A stretch of 64,000 nt of DNA from Synechococcus sp. GTDB lineage: Bacteria; Cyanobacteriota; Cyanobacteriia; PCC-6307; Cyanobiaceae. The position numbers and the translations under genes were made by a program. The notes under the pieces are model-generated. The model worked only from the letters and a program-made list of their open reading frames with translations. It was not told the origin of the DNA and made no database searches. Within the stretch, counting starts at the first letter, position 1. Each line of letters starts with the position of its first letter. The stretch is from positions 256,001-320,000 of the forward strand of contig JBJBDL010000003.1 of NCBI GenBank assembly GCA_047285305.1. The letters run 5' to 3'. Shown here piece by piece: positions 60,194-64,000 of this stretch.

Positions 60194-63148
60194 TTACTCG
60201 AATACTTGCTGATTTTTATAAAGAGAGGCATATCTTCCACGCTTGGCTAATAACTCGCTATGCGATCCAATCTCTTCCAAATAGCCTTGATGTAATAAAA
60301 GAATAACATCGCTAGACATAACTGTTGAGAGACGATGAGTAATAAAGAACACAGTACGGCCTAGAGCCCATTTTTGTAAATTATTACATAGTTGACGTTC
60401 AGTTTCAAAATCAAGCGCACTTGTAGCCTCGTCCATCACCAGTAATTGAGGATTAGAAAGTACAGTACGCGCAATGGCTATTCTTTGGCGTTGACCACCA
60501 GATAAGTTAGAGCCCTTTTCAGTTATTTGAGTCGCATAACCCTGACTAAGACCCATAATAAACTCATGAGCACAAGCAATCTTCGCAGCCTCAATAATTG
60601 CTTCAGTCGGGGCCTCAGGATAATTCAATGAGATGTTCTCAGCAACAGTGCCTTCAAACAATAGAGAGTCTTGTGGAACAATTCCTATCTGACGTCTAAG
60701 ACTTGCTAACTCAACTTTAGCAATATCGTAATCATCGATAAAAATACGGCCTGAATCAGGATTATATAACCTAGGAAGAAGCTTCATTAGAGTACTTTTT
60801 CCACTTCCACTCTGACCGACAATACCTACAAAGCTACCTTTATCAATAGTGACGCTGACATTGTTAAGTTGCTTGGGACCTTGCTTGCCAAAACGAAAGT
60901 CAATATCCTCAAAACGTATGTCACCTTTGATTGGTGGCAATGAAATCTGGTTGCTATCAAGACTAGAATTTAATTCAGGGTTTTGATCTACGATATCTCC
61001 AAGTCTTTCCATAGAAAGCTGTACAGATTGAAATCCCTGATAAAGGCCTGCAAGCTGAAGTAAGGGACTAGTTACATTTCCTGCAATAATTCTAAAAGCA
61101 ATCAATTGGCCCAAAGTAAAGCTGCCTTCGATGACAAGGGACATACCAACCCAAAGGACAAGTAAACCACTTACTTGATTCAAGAAACGGCCGATTTCAC
61201 CTGAGGTAGAACCAAGTGCAGCACTCTTAAAACCTTCAGTAACAAATCTGCGGTACCGATCTTGCCATTTCCAACGTGCAGTAAGTTCAAAGTGTTGAGC
61301 TTTTACAGTTTGAATACCACCAATAATCTCAATAAGATGGCTTTGGGTACTAGCTGCAGCTACTGCACGCGCACGTATCAAGGTTTTGTATATGGGCGCA
61401 ACACCAAAGACTAGAAGCATATATAGAGGGAGAGTAGAAAGAGCAACAACACTAAGTAGCGGAGAATATATAAACATAACAACTAAATATAAAGCAGCAA
61501 AAAGAATATTTAGTATAGAGAGCAGGGCCGTACCAGTCAAAAAGCCTCGAATTGTATTTAGTTCGCCAAGCCTCTGGCTAAGCTCTCCAACAGGACGCTT
61601 TTCAAAATAAGATAGAGGAAGAGCAAGTAGTCGATCTATAACAGCACTACCAAGCGTTAAATCCATGCGATCTGTAGTGTCGACAAAAATATAAGTTCGC
61701 AGAGCTTGCAGAATGCCTTGAAATAAAGCAAGCAAAACCATCGTCGATCCAAGAACATTTAGACTAGTTAAGTTTCCTTGGGTGAGGACTTTATCAATAA
61801 TTTGCTGAAGTAGCAAAGGTATTGCTAAACCAAAAAGTTGGGCCAGCAATGAAGATACAAAGACGAGGACTAAAGCGCGCTTATACTTTTTAAGAAGTGG
61901 AGTAAACCAACTCCATCCAAATCTAGATGTTGGAGTCGAAGAAATACGTCTAGAAATGACGAATCGAATATCTTCAGGAAGATCTGAAGAGAATTCTTGA
62001 ATAGGTATATTCTCAATACCCCTGTTGGGATGTGAGATAATCGCTCTATTATTCTTTACGCCAAAAAACACGATTGGAACATCATTATATATAAATACAG
62101 CAGGCCCTTCTACACCTCTTAGGTATTTCTTATTTGTAGTACCAATTTGACTTGAAAGGCCAAGTATCTCGCACATGGAAGCAATAAGTTCCAATGTCAC
62201 AGACTTTCCACGCCGAAATTGATCTTCGAGGATCTTTGTAAGGCTGTCTGGCCTAAAGGGGACTTTCTGTGTAAGTGCTACGGTTTGACAAACAGCTAGA
62301 GTTTCCTTAAGTTCACCGTGGCCACTAGTGTGTGGATAAACCTGGTCAGACTCAAGATTATCTTCCTCTAATATCCCAAGCTGATAGAGATCTACAGTGC
62401 CAACATCCTGCTTAGTTGGGGTGGCTTTGACCTCTTGAGAAGGATAATTAGTACGTTCGGAGACCGGAACACCAATCAACCTAACAGGGAGTTTTGAATC
62501 AGTCCTGAATGGAATAGAGGACTCATTAGGAAGATAAACAGTCCCAGGGTCATAACCAGGGATACCACTAGTGCTTACAAGCCACTGCCAATCATTAGGG
62601 AGAGATTCGAGTACATTTAAATTATCTCCTTCAAAAATACTAACAACCTTTGCTTGAGAACACCGATGAGATATTTCATCTTGCCAACCACTCTGGCGTT
62701 GCCTATGCATTAATGCAGATGCAAGAACAACCTCATGTGTCTCATGAATATTAGGGAGAGATTTAAAATAATCAAGAAAGGAGTCATTATCATGCAATAA
62801 AGAGACGAATGTACGTGCAGGAAGTGCTAAAACAGCAGTATTGGTACTTGAAATAACATGTTCGGTCGGGCCACACCTTAAAAGGGAAGCCCAGCCAAGC
62901 AGCTGCCCAGGACCCCTTGTACAAAGCGAGATAGTGGAATTTGAAGAAGGGTCAGAGCCAACTAATCTGATAGACCCCTTAAGTACTAAATAAAGATGAG
63001 AATTGATTTCGTCTGGGCGTAATAAACGTTGTCCAACGGTAAAGTTGACTACGCTAGATTCCTGCAACCAACCTTCTAATTGAGCGGGCTCCAGAAGAGA
63101 AAAGGGGGGCTGGCCAGATATTTGAGCATGAATATTAGAAATGTCCAC
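60194..63148 (-). CDS. Type I secretion ABC transporter (HlyB family; cNMP-binding, C39-like, TMD and NBD domains)
   Basis: Walker A GQSGSGKST, LSGGQRQRIAIAR, Walker B LVMDEATSALD, QQIIDKV transmembrane start and N-terminal cNMP-like domain. Confidence 0.93.
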   Translation of the reverse strand: MDISNIHAQISGQPPFSLLEPAQLEGWLQESSVVNFTVGQRLLRPDEINSHLYLVLKGSIRLVGSDPSSNSTISLCTRGPGQLLGWASLLRCGPTEHVISSTNTAVLALPARTFVSLLHDNDSFLDYFKSLPNIHETHEVVLASALMHRQRQSGWQDEISHRCSQAKVVSIFEGDNLNVLESLPNDWQWLVSTSGIPGYDPGTVYLPNESSIPFRTDSKLPVRLIGVPVSERTNYPSQEVKATPTKQDVGTVDLYQLGILEEDNLESDQVYPHTSGHGELKETLAVCQTVALTQKVPFRPDSLTKILEDQFRRGKSVTLELIASMCEILGLSSQIGTTNKKYLRGVEGPAVFIYNDVPIVFFGVKNNRAIISHPNRGIENIPIQEFSSDLPEDIRFVISRRISSTPTSRFGWSWFTPLLKKYKRALVLVFVSSLLAQLFGLAIPLLLQQIIDKVLTQGNLTSLNVLGSTMVLLALFQGILQALRTYIFVDTTDRMDLTLGSAVIDRLLALPLSYFEKRPVGELSQRLGELNTIRGFLTGTALLSILNILFAALYLVVMFIYSPLLSVVALSTLPLYMLLVFGVAPIYKTLIRARAVAAASTQSHLIEIIGGIQTVKAQHFELTARWKWQDRYRRFVTEGFKSAALGSTSGEIGRFLNQVSGLLVLWVGMSLVIEGSFTLGQLIAFRIIAGNVTSPLLQLAGLYQGFQSVQLSMERLGDIVDQNPELNSSLDSNQISLPPIKGDIRFEDIDFRFGKQGPKQLNNVSVTIDKGSFVGIVGQSGSGKSTLMKLLPRLYNPDSGRIFIDDYDIAKVELASLRRQIGIVPQDSLLFEGTVAENISLNYPEAPTEAIIEAAKIACAHEFIMGLSQGYATQITEKGSNLSGGQRQRIAIARTVLSNPQLLVMDEATSALDFETERQLCNNLQKWALGRTVFFITHRLSTVMSSDVILLLHQGYLEEIGSHSELLAKRGRYASLYKNQQVFE

Positions 63149-63155
63149 AATTCAA

Positions 63156-63926
63156 TCAGAATCCAGGTGAAGGGTTAGAAGTTGAGTGTGCATCTACAAT
63201 ACACTTATTGAGATAATTTACAGTGCTCTCTGTCCAAGACGCAAGCTGCTGACTTAATAAGTAATCCTCAGCAGTAGTGTCAAGCTCGCATGGGCGAAAT
63301 TCCTTCAGTTGGATTAGAGAATAAAAACTACCATGACGATATGGACCTGTAAGTACATCAGTATTTAATGTTGGTATGACTTGGGCAAGCCCAAAAGGCA
63401 GCTTAGACAACGGTGTGAGTGAAATCAATCCACCTTGGCGAGCCTCCGGGCCCTCTCCAAACTCTAGAGATATGGATCGGAATGTAGATTCTTGATTTTT
63501 TATACGGTAGTAGAGTTCCGTTATTAGTTCTTTATCCTTTACCCTTAAAAGTAAACAACTGGCTTGATCAAGTTCAGTTTTTTGACTGAGAAATAGCGAG
63601 CCAAGAAGATGACTCCATTGCTGGCGTGCCCAGAAGAGACAAGCCGGCTGAACAGCAAGCTTGAATCTCACATCTTCGTTAGTTAGAGAATCACTAGCAG
63701 AATTATTTTGATCAACCCATTGCTTAATCTGCTCATCAGTAGGAAAAAAGTTCGGATGATCCTGCAGAACAATAAGTGCTAGATAACGCCTGACAAAGTA
63801 ACGCAGGTACGCACGCATTAACCCAGACTGATTGAGGATGGTTCGAGAAAAGCGGATGCTCTCAATGAGTTCATCGATTTTCTCTTTCTGGATAAAATCG
63901 ACCGGATTAGGATCGACTGGAAGCAT
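63156..63926 (-). CDS. PpiC/parvulin-type peptidylprolyl isomerase-like protein (T1SS-associated)
   Basis: ELYYRIK....F..IS.EF.EGPEARQGGLI motif; immediately upstream of the HlyB-type gene. Confidence 0.78.
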   Translation of the reverse strand: MLPVDPNPVDFIQKEKIDELIESIRFSRTILNQSGLMRAYLRYFVRRYLALIVLQDHPNFFPTDEQIKQWVDQNNSASDSLTNEDVRFKLAVQPACLFWARQQWSHLLGSLFLSQKTELDQASCLLLRVKDKELITELYYRIKNQESTFRSISLEFGEGPEARQGGLISLTPLSKLPFGLAQVIPTLNTDVLTGPYRHGSFYSLIQLKEFRPCELDTTAEDYLLSQQLASWTESTVNYLNKCIVDAHSTSNPSPGF

Positions 63927-64000
63927 GACAGGTCCGGAAATGGCGTTGTATGTGCAAGAATAGTGCCTGAACAGGTGATCCGTGAAAAGTGGCAGTCATC

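Larger units (their letters stand above)
51361..64000. other. AT-rich island 2: surface protein, glycosylation and type I secretion (continues past the window)
   Basis: GC drop after pfkB; RTX-repeat protein, TPR and GT genes, HlyB-type ABC transporter and PPIase. Confidence 0.85.

Overview
Marine picocyanobacterial chromosome segment, Synechococcus-like by gene content and high-GC core codon style. Two GC-rich core blocks (about 1-10.6 kb: tRNA-Arg, rnpB, rnc, ndhS, rimM, manC, glmS, psaC, acpP, fabF, tkt; about 32.7-51.3 kb: thiC with TPP riboswitch, ruvB, smpB, lysS, srrA-like regulator, mreBCD, ssb, dedA, ahcY, tsaE, pfkB) alternate with two AT-rich surface-glycan islands. Island 1 (about 10.7-32.7 kb, between tkt and thiC) has a pseB/pseC-led amino-sugar operon, a DUF4910 peptidase-like gene, a tandem flavodoxin/Fe-S protein and an unusual adenylation-carrier-AAC(3) fusion. 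It also has a CDP-sugar operon whose enzymes predict a C-methyl, O-methyl, N-formyl amino-dideoxyhexose. Island 2 (about 51.3 kb to the window end) has an RTX-repeat, SwmA-like surface protein with TPR/glycosyltransferase genes, a type I secretion ABC transporter and a PPIase. Decay is visible in a frameshifted K+ channel pseudogene and an egtD remnant. The best candidate for a new system is a carrier-tethered N-acylation module for an amino sugar, possibly decorating the secreted surface protein. All family calls come from motif recognition; no searches were run.
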